In this document: positions 43,016 through 55,483 of the stretch, piece by piece
Numbering within the stretch: position 1 is the stretch's first letter
How the letters are laid out: every line of letters begins with the position of its first letter
NCBI GenBank assembly: GCA_963845755.1
Contig: CAWJTV010000041.1
Location: forward strand, 64,001-128,000
Direction: 5' to 3'
Length of the DNA stretch: 64,000 bases
Origin: an uncultured Planctomycetota bacterium
Lineage (GTDB): Bacteria > Planctomycetota > Planctomycetia > Isosphaerales > Isosphaeraceae
Notes under the pieces: model-generated
The model's database searches: none
What the model saw: only the letters and a program-made list of their open reading frames with translations
What the model was told of the DNA's origin: nothing
Translations under genes and position numbers: made by a program

Positions 43016-43238
43016 GACGTGCGATGAACTCCTGGATGTTCCGTTGCGCCAGAAGCTTCTGCTCTTCCGAATACTGCTTCGCCCAAGCCGCCTTCGGCGA
43101 GATGCTCATCAAGCGCATACCGGTGGCCATCATGCCTCGAATCGTTTGGATGCGCTCCTCCGGCGTGAGTGCCCGGAAGCTGGCGACATCTTCGAGGATC
43201 ACGTCGGTCTCACTGGGGAACTTGATGGGGAGGTCCAT
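43005..43238 (-). CDS. Small helical protein, probable antitoxin partner
   Basis: 77 aa containing RALTPEERI; overlaps the NTase start; GGAG RBS. Confidence 0.7.
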   Translation of the reverse strand: MDLPIKFPSETDVILEDVASFRALTPEERIQTIRGMMATGMRLMSISPKAAWAKQYSEEQKLLAQRNIQEFIARHAR

Positions 43239-43346
43239 GGTCGTCTCCGGAATCGTGGCAATCTCGGTCCTATTATAACAGGATCGAGGATCGGGACGAT
43301 GGCGCGCGATCGATTCCGCATCCCGCCAAGTCGGGGACGAACCTTT

Positions 43347-43823
43347 TCACGAACGTGTCCCGCCGGTCCTGTGTTTCCGCCTCAATGCCTCGGGCGGGCG
43401 AACGGGTCGCCCCGCGGGGTCCGTCCAGGCGAAGAGCCGCAGGCTGTGTCCCTCGGGGTCCTGGAGCCGGACCTCGCGGTACCCTTCCTCGGGGTTCTCC
43501 ACCGGCGCCCCGACCGCGACCCCGTGGTCGATCAGCCGCTCGCGCTCGCGGTCCAGGTCGGGCACCTGGAAGACGAGCCGGACTTTACCCGGCCCCGCAA
43601 GTCCTCGTGCTTCCTTCACCCCCTGCAAGCCCACCCGGCCGTGACCCGCCGAGAAGAGGGCGAACTCGTGCGGGGAATCCAGCAGGATGGGAGTGAGTCC
43701 CAGCGTGTTGATGTACCACTGGACGGTCGTCTGCCAGTGGACGACCCGGATCACCGTCATGAACAGTTCGAGGTGCGGCGGTCCGGTCGCCTCAAGGGGG
43801 CCGGGCTCGGAAATGTCGGACAT
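43347..43823 (-). CDS. VOC/glyoxalase family protein
   Basis: VQWYINTLGL, LVFQVPDLD, GYREVRLQDPEGHSLRLF. Confidence 0.85.
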   Translation of the reverse strand: MSDISEPGPLEATGPPHLELFMTVIRVVHWQTTVQWYINTLGLTPILLDSPHEFALFSAGHGRVGLQGVKEARGLAGPGKVRLVFQVPDLDRERERLIDHGVAVGAPVENPEEGYREVRLQDPEGHSLRLFAWTDPAGRPVRPPEALRRKHRTGGTRS

Positions 43824-44270
43824 GGATGGGATCGCCCCATGGCTGTCGAGGGGGAAATCGCAGGGAACACCATCTTCATTTTGCCAGACCGACGCCGCCG
43901 ATGCGAGGGGATGTCAACTCGAAACGGCTGATCACCTGTTGAACGGCGGCGGGTGGCCCTTGGGGGTTCCGGTCGCCCGGCTGAGATCGCGCGGAGAGCC
44001 CCGCTTTGCGCGTCGATTGGCTGCGGGTCGGATGGCGCAAGAGAGCGCTCGGAATCAGTTGGGGAATTTTAATAATTTCGCTTGCATATCGGGTAGTCGA
44101 TCGACTACAAGTGTCTTATTCAGGAAGAGAGCCCGGTTCCTGGAGGGCGAATGCGGGCCCCGTCGATCCGAGTTCTGGTGCTTCTCTGCACGCTGCGCTT
44201 CGGGTGATCGCGCGGAATCACAAGTCGTAGGGAAGACTGTCGTCTACTCCATCGAGGTGACTTGACCGTG

Positions 44271-46371
44271 ATGCGTCTGGCCATCGTCATCCTCCTGTTC
44301 GCAACGGCGCCGGCCCTGGCGCAGGTGAAGGACGGCAAGGATGACAAAGTTACGAACGACGATCCGGCCCGACCTCTGCAGATGCCCCCGGCATCGACGG
44401 AGGTCAAGGAGGCGATCGACGATTTCGATCGCTTCCAGCGGCGCGGTGCCTGGGAACGTGCCTTGAAGGCCCTTTACACGATCCCCGAGGCGCAGACCCT
44501 CCGATTCGTCGACGGCGAGAAGGGTTTCATCATCCCGATCGAGCGGAAACGGCGGACGATCCTCGGCGCGCTGCCGCCGGACGGCCAGGCCGCGTGCCGG
44601 CTGTTCTACGACGCCGAGGCGAAGAAGCTGCTCGATGCGGCCGACGGGCCGTCGGAGCAGAAGAACCTCGAGCGCATCTTCTCCGCCTATTTCGTCACGT
44701 CGGTCGGCGACAATGCGGCCGACCGGCTGGGCGATCTCTACTTCGAGCTGGGCCGCTTCGACCGGGCGGCCGATTGCTGGCTGGCGATCCTGCGCGAACG
44801 CCCCGACACGGACCTCGTCGCCGGCCCTGATCGCGGTGAAGGCCGGCGTGGCGCTGATCCGCGCGGGGCGTCGATCGGAGTTCGACCAGGTCCGCGCCGA
44901 CCTGGCGGGCCGCTACGCCGACGAGACGGTGACCATCGGCGGGCAAAAGGCGACGGCGGGCGAGCTGCTCGAAGCGCCTCATCGCCGACGACCCGAGCTC
45001 GGGAGCGGAGAAGCCGTCAACCCCGGCCGCCGACTCGGGCCCTGACCTCGCCGGGTCGGTCGACGTGGCCTGGCAGTTGCGATTTGCCGAGTCGATCGAG
45101 GCCGGCATGACGCCGCCGGAACTGACCCAGTGGGAGGCCAATTCCATCAGCGTCGCCGTACCGGCCGTGACGATCGACGGCTCGACGCTCTATCGCCAAC
45201 TACCTCGGGCATATCTTCGCCTTGGACCTGAAGAGCGGGAAACTGCTCTGGCGCTCCGCATCCTTCCATAACCTCGACGTCCTGGCGATGCAGCAGCAGG
45301 TCCGATTCATGGACGCGAGCCGATTCGCGATCGTCGCGTCGGGCGAACACGTCTGGTGCCTGGCCCGGGACGTGAAGGACCAGAACTTCTTCGCCCCGTT
45401 CCAGTTGAACTGCCGTCGGGCCGACAACGGCGAGGTCGTCTGGAAATCGGGCGACCTGGCCGACTACGCCCAGGTTCGACCTCGTCGGTCCTCCGCTCCT
45501 GGCCGACGGCAAGCTGTTCATCACGGCCAAGACCGGCGCGAACCCCCAGATGCCGCAGCAGGGCCAGCCGCAGCAGCTCGTCCTGGCGATCCAGCCGCAC
45601 GACGGAAAGATCCTCTGGAAGACCGAGGTCGGCCTGTTCCGGCAAGGGGGGCAGCAATACTTCTGCTATGGTTACGGCAACGAGTCGTCGCCCCAGCCGC
45701 AACTGATCTACCGGGCGGGCGCGGTCTACGTGGATACGCATATCGGCGTGCTGGGACGGCTCGACGCCGACACCGGCGTGCTGGATTGGGGATATGGCTA
45801 CAAGACCGACCCGTTCCAGTCGGGGTATCGCCGATTCTACTATTACATGTCGAAGGAGCCGACGGCCGCGAGTAGTCCACCCCTGTCAATCCGGCGAAGT
45901 GTTCCTGATCAAGGGGGTCCAGTCGGAGCGTCTCTACGCCATCGAGCCCAACCGGATGAAGGTCCTCTGGGAGCGGCCGATCACGAAGTCGTCGCGGCTG
46001 CTCGGCGTCGGCGAGCATACCTTGTTCCTCGGCGGGGCGGAGATCAGCGCCATGGACCTCGAGACGCGGGAACTCTCCTGGGCGATCCGGTCCCGAACGG
46101 CAGCATGGAGGCGCGCGTCCTGGTCCGTCCGGACGGCCTCTGGCAACTGACGTCCCGCGGCATCTTCGAGATCGACCCGAAATCGGGCCAGGTCCGCCGG
46201 ATCTTCCGCGGCAAGGACCTCGGCGTCGTGGGCGGCGACCTGCTGCTGACCGACCAGTGGCTCCTGGCCGTTTCCAATCGCACGATCTCCGCCTACCCGC
46301 GCCGGTCGTCCGGGGCCCCCGTCGCCGCCCGCCACGATCCCGCGACCCCAAAGGAGAAGGCTTCGAAATGA
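44271..46371 (+). CDS. Secreted TPR + PQQ-like beta-propeller (BamB-like) protein (multiple frameshifts)
   Basis: Signal peptide MRLAIVILLFATAPALA; TPR LGDLYFELGRFDRAADCW; repeated ALDLKSGKLLW / DGKILWK / LDADTGVLDW. Confidence 0.75.
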
Positions 46372-47296
46372 ATGCCCACCACGATGATGCCGAGAGTCGT
46401 CGAGCCGGCCCGGCCCGCAATCGCGGCCATCGCCCTCGCGCTGGCCCTGCTCGGGGCCGCCGGCCCGGCCCAAGCCCAGTTCTTCGATCCGACGGGGGGC
46501 ATGATGGCCCCGACGCCGAACATCGAGGGGTTCACCGTCTCCGGGAAGGGGCATGCGGAAGCCAAGCCGAACCTCGTGGAGATCGACATGGATGTCAGCG
46601 CCTCGTCGGAGCTGACCGCCGATGCGATCGTCAAGTACCGCGATGCCAAGAAGCGGATCCGCGACGCGTTCTCCGCATTGAAGCTCGCGAACGTCGCCGT
46701 GGAGGAGCGCGGGCTGATGGTCGACCAGAAAGGCCAGATGCAGAGTCCCTACTTCTTCGACTACCAGCCGAATACGCGCAACAAGACCGAGGTGCAGCTC
46801 TCGCGGAAGCTGGTCGCCAAGGCCACCGATATCCGCAAGATGGACGAGGAGAGCGTGCTGCAACTGGTCGGCAGGCTGCTCGACGTCGCCCAGGACGCCG
46901 GCGCCCACGTCGGTCCTCAAATCAACATGTATGATTACTATTACTATGGATACAATCGGAATCGCGGGGCGGGCCTGGTCCGATTCGTCCTCGAGGATTT
47001 CGACAAGCTCCAGGAGGAGGCGTACGAGAAGGCGATCGCCGATGCGCGGGCTCGCGCGGAGCGGCTGGCCCGGTTGAGCCACGTCGAGCTGGGGCCGATC
47101 GTGGCGATCCGGGAGGTCTGCGGTGCCCGGCGAACGGCAGGCGACGGGCGACGACGAGATGCCACGCAAGCGGCTGGAGATGTCGAAGTTTCAGGAGATC
47201 CCGATCCGGGTGGAGTTGCTGGTGCGTTTCGAGGTTCATTCCAAGACCCGCGAACAAGGGAAGGACTGGACCATGACGAGAATCCCACACTCATGA
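46372..47296 (+). CDS. SIMPL (DUF541) domain protein (frameshift near 47120; end approximate)
   Basis: Signal peptide; FTVSGKGHAEAKPN; EAYEKAIADARARAERLARLSHVELGPIVAIRE; IRVELLVRF in the shifted frame. Confidence 0.78.
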
Positions 47297-48397
47297 TCGC
47301 GATCGGCTGGAGGCCGCGCACGACGCGTCGCGCGTTCCTGGACCATTGTCGCACGGGAGCCGTCGCATCCCTCGCCGGCGCCGGCTGCCTGGCGGGCCTC
47401 CGGAGTGCCCGGGCGGCGGACAGGGAGGTGCTGCCGAAGCACGTGACGCCGGAGACGCTCCGGGCCGTCGTGAAAGGGTTGGATTTCCTCAAGGCCCAGC
47501 AGGCCGAGGAAGGCTCGTGGATCAGCGACCCCGGCGGCCAGGCTTATCCGGTGGCCATGACCGGCCTGGCGGGCACGGCGATGCTGGCCCACGGCAACTC
47601 GCCAACTCGCGGGAATTATGCGAAGAGCATGCAGGGGGCCGTCGAGTACCTGGTGCGCTGCGGCACGCACGACGGGGCTGATCACCGGCCCGAACCAGGA
47701 CAGCGGCCAGCCGATGCACGGGCACGGCTTCGCGCTGATGTTCCTCGCGTGCGTCTACGGGATGATCACCAAGGAGTCGCTCCGCAGGCAGGTGCAGATC
47801 GTCGTCCGCAAGGCCGTGACGTTGACCAGCCAGGGCCAGAGCGGTGCGGGCGGCTGGACCTACATCCCCGGCGCCGGCGACGAAGGCTCGGTGACCGTCA
47901 CCCAGGTCCAGGCCCTGCGCGCGGCCCACAACGCGGGGTTCCTCGTCCCGCGCGGCGTGATCGAGGAGGCGGTCAAGTACCTGGAGAAATGCCGGACGGC
48001 CGAGGGCGGGATCCGGTATTCGCTCGTCTCCGGCGGCGGGCCCCGGCTGCCGATCTCGGCGGCCGCCGTGGCGACCCTCTACAACGCGGGCCAGTTCGAC
48101 AGCACCATCGCGACCGACTGCTTGAAGTACGTCTGGGAGCAGTTCCAGGCCCAGGAGGGATTTTCCAAGGGGGGTGGGCACGACTTCTATACGCATCTCT
48201 ACGCCTCCCAGGGGTTCTACATGGCCGGCGACCAGTACTGGGACAAGTATTTCCCGAAGACGCGCGACCAGTTGATCGCCATGCAAGGACCCGACGGGTC
48301 CTGGAACGGCGACTGCATCGGCCAGGTCTACGGCACCGCCATCGCCGCCATCATCTTGCAGCTACCGTACAAGTATCTTCCGATTTTCCAGCGTTGA
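47273..48397 (+). CDS. Tat-exported prenyltransferase/squalene-oxidase-repeat (alpha/alpha barrel) protein (frameshifts)
   Basis: TRRAFL Tat motif; GLDFLKAQQAEEGSW, MHGHGFALMFL, QSGAGGWTY, QVQALRAA, QGPDGSW, YLPIFQR. Confidence 0.82.
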
Positions 48398-48464
48398 GTC
48401 CTGGAGGCCAGAGTCGATCCGGGAAGCCGTGTTGACCCCCCACCGGGGCTTGTCGGATAGCCGA

Positions 48465-48518
48465 TCAGGCTTTCCAGTCTGATTCCGAAAACATGTCAGG
48501 CTGGAAAGCCTGACCTAC
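48465..48518. repeat. GTAG-type REP-like inverted pair
   Basis: TCAGGCTTTCCAGTCTGA...GTCAGGCTGGAAAGCCTGACCTAC (minus strand GTAGGTCAGGCTTTCCAGCCTGAC). Confidence 0.75.
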
Positions 48519-48533
48519 TTGAGGGACGCGATC

Positions 48534-49582
<1,049 letters not shown>

Positions 49583-50489
49583 CGCGATCGCGCAGATCTC
49601 GGACCTGACCCTGCGCTCGCGGCGGCTCGTCGAGGGGGCGATCAGCGGCCAGCATCGCAGCCCGTTCCACGGCTTCAACATCGAGTTCGCCGAGTACCGC
49701 GACTACACGCCGGGCGACGACCTCCGCCGCCTGGACTGGCGCGTCTTCGCCCGCTCGGATCGCCATTACATCAAGCAATACGAAGAAGAGAGCAACGTCC
49801 GGGTCACGTTCGTCGTCGACGCCAGCGCCGTCGATGAATTATCGCGGCTCGGCGCCGCTGTCGAAGTTCGACTACGCGGGCACCCTGGTCGTTTCCCTGG
49901 CGATGCTCCTGACCCGCCAGCAGGACCCGGTGGGCCTGGTCCTGTTCGACGAGGCGGCCAGGACCGTCCTGCCCCCCGCCGCGACCCAGACGCAGGTCAT
50001 CGTGATGGCCGGCCTGCTCGAACGTTGCACGCCCGACCCGGAAGACCGAGCTGGGCGGCCTGCTCCACTCGCTCACCGGCCAGTTGCGGCGCCGGAGCCT
50101 GCTGGTCATCGTCTCGGACCTCTTGACCGACCTGGACGCCGTCTACGACAGCCTGAACCGCCTCCGATTCCACGGCCATGAAGTCCTCATGATGCAGGTG
50201 CTCGACCGCGACGAGCTGGAATTGCCCTTCGACGGGCCGACGATCTTCCGCGACATCGAAGGCGAGGAAGAACTGTTCGCCGAGCCCTGGGCGTTCCGCC
50301 GGTCGTATCAGCAGGCCATGCAGGATTTCCTGGAGGGCGTCCGGCGCGAATGCGGCAACCGCGGCTACGATCACGTGCGGTTCCTGACCGATGAGCCGCT
50401 CGGCGACTCGCTCAGCCTGTTCCTGCACTCCCGAGAGGAAATGGGGCGGAGTTCGCGGTAGGGGCGGACTTCCTTGGGCGATGGGAGCT

Positions 50490-50667
50490 GAGATTCGAGA
50501 TTCGAGATTCAGGATTCGAGATTCGGGATTCGAGATTCAGGATTCGAGATTCAAGATCCTTAACATGAAATAAAATATCTTATCTATAGTAAATTCTGAA
50601 ACCCGCATGTTGAATTTTGAATCCGGAATTCGGAATCTCGAATCCGGAATCCGGAATCTTGAATCCG
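50490..50667. repeat. Inverted heptamer arrays around an AT-rich spacer
   Basis: About 10 GAGATTC/AGGATTC units (50490-50559), a ~55-nt AT-rich spacer, then about 7 GAATCCG/GAATCTC units (50619-50667). Confidence 0.88.
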
Positions 50668-50704
50668 GTAACACCGTTCGAGCACCAGGGCAACAATGCA
50701 AGGC

Positions 50705-52863
50705 ATGATGACATTTCTGAGCCCATGCTAGCCTGGGGGATGCTGCTGGGCGTCATCCCCATCATCATCCACCTGCTGAACCGCCGTCGGTTCCGCCGGG
50801 TGGAATGGGCTCCGATGCGCTACCTCAAACTGACGATCCAGAAGAATCGACGTCGGATCGAGTTCGAACAGCTCCTGCTCTTGTTGCTGAGGATCTGCTT
50901 GATGCTGTTATTGTTCTTCTTCCTGGCGCGGCCGGTGCTCAACCCGACGGGGCTGGAGCACTGGCTGGGCAGTGGCGGTCGTACCAGCCAGGTCGTGCTG
51001 ATCGACGACTCGCTCAGCATGGGCTATTCGAGCGCGGATGCGGAGGCATTCCAGCGCGCCCGGGAGATGTCGGCGTCGCTGCTGGCCTCGGTCCGGCCGA
51101 CGGATCGCTGCACGCTGGTGACAACCTCGGCGCCGCGCAGCCCGGTGCTCCACGAGGTCGAAGGGACGCGGCGCGACGAACTGCGGGCCGCAGCCCTGGC
51201 GTTGCCGTTGACGGCGACCCACGCCGCCTGGCCGTCGGTTCTGGAGGGCATCGACGAGCTGCTGCGATCCTGCACGTATCCGACGCGGCAGGTCACCATC
51301 TTCACCGACTTGCGGAAGGCCGGCTGGGAGGGGGGGATCTCCGCGATCGCCCAGAGCTGGCGCGAGGCGGGCGTCCGGGTCCGCATCGTGGACGTGGGGT
51401 CCGAGGACACGGCCAACATCGCGCTGCAATCGCTACTCCCGGTGGATCGCACGGTCCTGGCCGGTGCGGCGAGCCACTGGGAGGCGGTGATCCGGAACGA
51501 CTCGACGCGTCAGGTCGCGGGGGCCAAGGCGATCCTCCGCGTCGACGACAAGCCGACGGAGGTGGACCTGCCGGACATCGCCCCTCGGGAGGTCGCCCGC
51601 GTCCCGCTGACCGTCCCGTTCCCGGGGCCGGGCTCGCACGATGTCTCGTTCCGGATCCAGGACGACGAGCTGCCGGGCGACAACCAGCGCTGGGCCGCGG
51701 TTCCGGTGAAGGACTCGCTGCTGATCCGCCTGGTGGACGGCGAGCCGTCGTCGGAGCCGTTCGGCTCGGAGGTCGATTACCTCGCGGCTCCGCTGTCGAT
51801 CGGCATCGGCGCGGCGGAGGCCTGGCGGGTCGAGGTCGCCCAGGATAACGATTTCCTGTCGCCGCGGCGGGACCTCCCGGACGTGCTGGTCCTGGCCAAC
51901 GTCGCGGCCCCGACGCCCGAACAAGCCGATCGACTGAACGCCCTCGTCCGCGAGGGCATGGGCCTGATGATCTTCACCGGGGCCAAGCTGGATATCGGGC
52001 TCTACAACGATCTCCTCTTCCGCGCGGATCGCCGGCTGCTGCCTTGCTCGATGAAGTCGCTGGTCGACGAGAACATCCGCGGGCTGATCATCGAGCCGGC
52101 GCGTCCGTCGCCGCTGGAGAAGCTGCTGGAGCTGAAGTCCTCCGCGCTGGAACGGGTGGCCGTCCGCCAATACATGAGCGTCAACGAACCGGCCGACGGC
52201 GATCAGGTCCGCGTGCTGGCGCGATGGAACAACCCGGCCCGGTCCCCGGCGGTGATCGAGCGCACCCTGGGCGACGGGCGCGTCCTGTTGTGGACGACCA
52301 CGGCCGACCGTGCGGGGAACGACTGGCCGATCGAGCCGAGCTTCGTCCTGGCGGTGCGCGAGGCCGTGCGCGGGTCGGCGCGTCCCACCCGGCTGGTCAA
52401 CACGATCACGGCCGGCGAGCGAATGCGTCGCGTGGTCCGGTCGAATCAGCAGGTCTCCAACATCCGCGTGAATCCGCCGGGCGGCGGCGACCCGCGATCG
52501 CTCTCGGCCACCCCGCTGCCCGAGCCGCAGGGCGAGGGTGCCCCGGCGGTCGAGATCGTGGTCCCCGATACGCGACGGGCCGGACTGTACCGCATCCTCT
52601 GGGACGAAGGGCCGCTCGGCACCCAGCAGGATGCCTACGCGGCCAATCCCGATCCGCGCGAGAGTGCCCTGGAACGGATCGCGGCGGCGGACCTGAGAAC
52701 GTTGTTCGAGCCGGTGAGCGTCGAGGTGATCTCCGCGCGTTCGGATGAGGCCAACCTCTTCTCCTCGACCGGTCGCGAGATCTGGCGCGACCTGGCCGGT
52801 GGACTGCTGGTCCTCCTGATTATCGAGTCGATCTTCGCGACCTGGGCCGGCCGGTCGCGGTGA
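50705..52863 (+). CDS. BatA-domain / vWA / GATase-like membrane protein
   Basis: M(M)TFLS(P)MLAWG...PIIIHLLNRRRFRRVEWAPMRYL (BatA; 1-nt slip near 50725); IDDSLSM MIDAS; IFTD; LPGDNQRW; C-terminal TM. Confidence 0.88.
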
Positions 52864-52892
52864 GGTGATTCTGGAGCGATCCACGGCTGACT

Positions 52893-55339
52893 ATGAATCG
52901 ATTCTGGCAGACAATTCTGGGTATCGAACGGTCGCCCGGCGCGGTGTCGAGCGGCGAGTCTCGGCTCGAGTTCGGGACGATGCCGCGGGGAGCCGGTACG
53001 CTCGTGCTGATCGTGAGCGCGATCGTGCTCGTGGCGCTGATCTGGCGGCTCTACCGGTTGGAGCGCCGGGATCTGTCGCGGAAGAAGCGATGGGTCCTGG
53101 TCAGCCTGCGCGGACTGACCTTGCTGGCGCTCGCGACCATGTTGCTCGAGCCGATCTGGGTCTCGTCGCTGCGCGAGACGGTGCAGTCTCATCTCGCCCT
53201 GGTCCTCGACGACTCGGAGAGCATGCGGTTCTCCGATCCTTACACCGACGATACCAAAGCCGTGGCGCTGGCGGCGGACTTGAAACTGGGCTCCCAGGGC
53301 AGTCGATCGCCGGTGGAGCGGCTCCGGGAAACACCGCGGCTCGACCTGGTCAAGCACGTCCTGAGCCCGAACCTGGATGCGCTCGAGCGCGGTCGGGAGC
53401 TGTATCTCTACGACCTGGACTCGGCGACTCGAGATGGCTCGGGCGAGTCCGCGCGGGCGCGGACCCTCGACCAGGTCGAGCCGAAGCGTCCGATCTCGCC
53501 GCTGGGTGATGCGATTCAGGGCGTGCTCTCCGCTCATCGAGGTCAGCCGGTGGCCGGTGTGGTCATCGCCACCGACGGGCGGTCCAATACGGGGGAAGAC
53601 CCGCTCCGCGCGGTGGAAGCCGCCGTGCGGCAGAACATCCCGATCTTCGCGATCGCCGCCGGGGCCATCGAGGGGCCGCGGAACATTCGCCTCGCCGAGA
53701 TCGAGGCCAGCCCGGTCGTCTTCGTCCAGGACCCCATGAATCTGGCCGTCGTGGTCGAGGCGCGCGGGCTGAAGGATGCCGAGGCGACGGTCGTCCTGGA
53801 ACAGCGGATCAACGACGGCGGCTGGGAACCGGTCGGCAGCCAGCGGGTGGTGCTGGGCGAAGATGGCATCCTCAAGCGGACCACGTTCCGAATCACGCCC
53901 AAGGTGGTCGGTCAGTACGAGTTTCGGCGAAGGTGGAGGACGCCGGCCCGGAGCTGACGCAGGACGACAACGTCGCGACGGCCGCGGTGAAGGTGGTCCG
54001 CCAGCAGATCCGCGTCTTGTTGCTCGCCGGCGAGCCGTCGGCGGAAGTGCAGTTCCTCCGCAACGCCTTGCTGCGCGATCAGCACGTCGAGTTCGCCGCC
54101 TGGATCCAGCATTCCGACCCGGGCTACCGCCAGCCGGGCGACCGACCCATCACGCGGCTTCCGAACGACGCGGCCGAGCTGAGCCGATACGACGCCCTCC
54201 TCCTGGTCGATCCCGACCTGCGGGCGCTCGGGGCCCAGTGGCCCGAGATGCTCACGAACTTCGTCGGTCAGGAAGGCGGCGGGCTGATCTTCGTCTCGGG
54301 CGAACTCTACTCCCAGCAGCTCTTCGAATCGGCCGATGGCACGAGGACCAGCGGGAATTGGACGCGCATCCTGCCCGTCGTCCGCGAGCCCGGCCTGTTC
54401 CGGACCGACGCCGAGGTGCGGCTGAGCTCCCAGAATACCTATACCCTGGAATTGACGCCCGAGGGCCGAGGCGACCCGATCTTCGAGTTCAACGCGGACC
54501 CGATCCGCAATCGCGCGATCCTGACCAGCCTGCCGGGGATGTACTGGAGCTTCCCCGTCACCCGGGCCCGGCCCGGCGCGACGGTCCTGGCCCGCCACGG
54601 CGACCCGCGGATGCAGAACCAGTATGGACGGCACGTGCTCCTGGCCTCGCAGCTCTACGGGCCGGGCCGGACGGTCTTTATCGGCTTCGATAGCACCTAT
54701 CGCTGGCGGTATCTCTCGGAGGACTATTTCGACGGCTTCTGGGCGCGCCTCATCGATCGCGTGGGGCGGAACAAGGCATTGGGTGGCCGGTTCCCGTTCC
54801 AGGTGCATCTGGGGAAGGGCGTCTATCGCGTTGGCGAGCGCGTGTCGGTCGGCGTCCGGTATACAGACGCCGCCGCGACGGCCGAGGCCGCCGAGATCAC
54901 GGCCGAGCTCGAGATCGCCGGCCAGCCGCCGGAACCGCTCCGGTTCGAACGCGTGCCCGACGATCCCGGCCTGCTGACCGCGGCGTTCCCCGCCGAGCAC
55001 GCCGGTGCCTATTCGCTGAGGATCGTCCCGGCGACCGCGGTCGACACGGGCTCCGGTGTGCGCGTCTCGACCACGACGTTCCGCGTCGAGCCGCCCCGGC
55101 GCGAGGTCGACGAGCCCTCGTTGAACCGGCCGCTTCTCGCGGAGCTGGCCCGCCTCACCAACGGCCGGGTCCTCGACCTCTCCGACGTTGACAAGCTCGA
55201 CGACGCGATTCCCATGCGCGAGGTCACGCGCACGCTGGAAACGCGCGATGAGCTCTGGGATGCACCGCTGATTTTCGTGACGATGGTCCTGAGCCTGACC
55301 CTGGAGTGGGTGCTGCGGAAGGTGTATCGGATGGTCTGA
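52893..55339 (+). CDS. vWA + Ig-like + glutamine-amidotransferase-like membrane protein (frameshift near 53930)
   Basis: Two TM segments; LDDSESM; IATDGRSN; DDNVAT; GGGLIFVSG; YGPGRTVFIGFDSTYRWR; EWVLRKVYRMV. Confidence 0.88.
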
Positions 55340-55394
55340 AATCTCAGTTTCAAGATATAGAAATCGTAAATATGAATTGATATTCAAAAATCTA

Positions 55395-55437
55395 TAATCT
55401 CGAATCCGGAATCTCGAATCCGGAATCTCGAATCCGT
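55395..55437. repeat. Heptamer array (GAATCCG/GAATCTC) after an AT-rich stretch
   Basis: ataatctc gaatccg gaatctc gaatccg gaatctc gaatccg in the intergenic gap. Confidence 0.8.
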
Positions 55438-55483
55438 ATTTCCCTGGGCGATCGCCCGATCTGAACTCGACGGGGCCCCAACC

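Noticed and set aside
47273..48397. Squalene-hopene cyclase linked to hpnCDE
   Set aside because: Too short (single barrel), Tat-exported, no DXDD motif, and in a MoxR operon context.
46372..48435. 687-aa SIMPL-prenyltransferase fusion ORF
   Set aside because: Artefact of frameshifts; the second protein has its own Tat signal.
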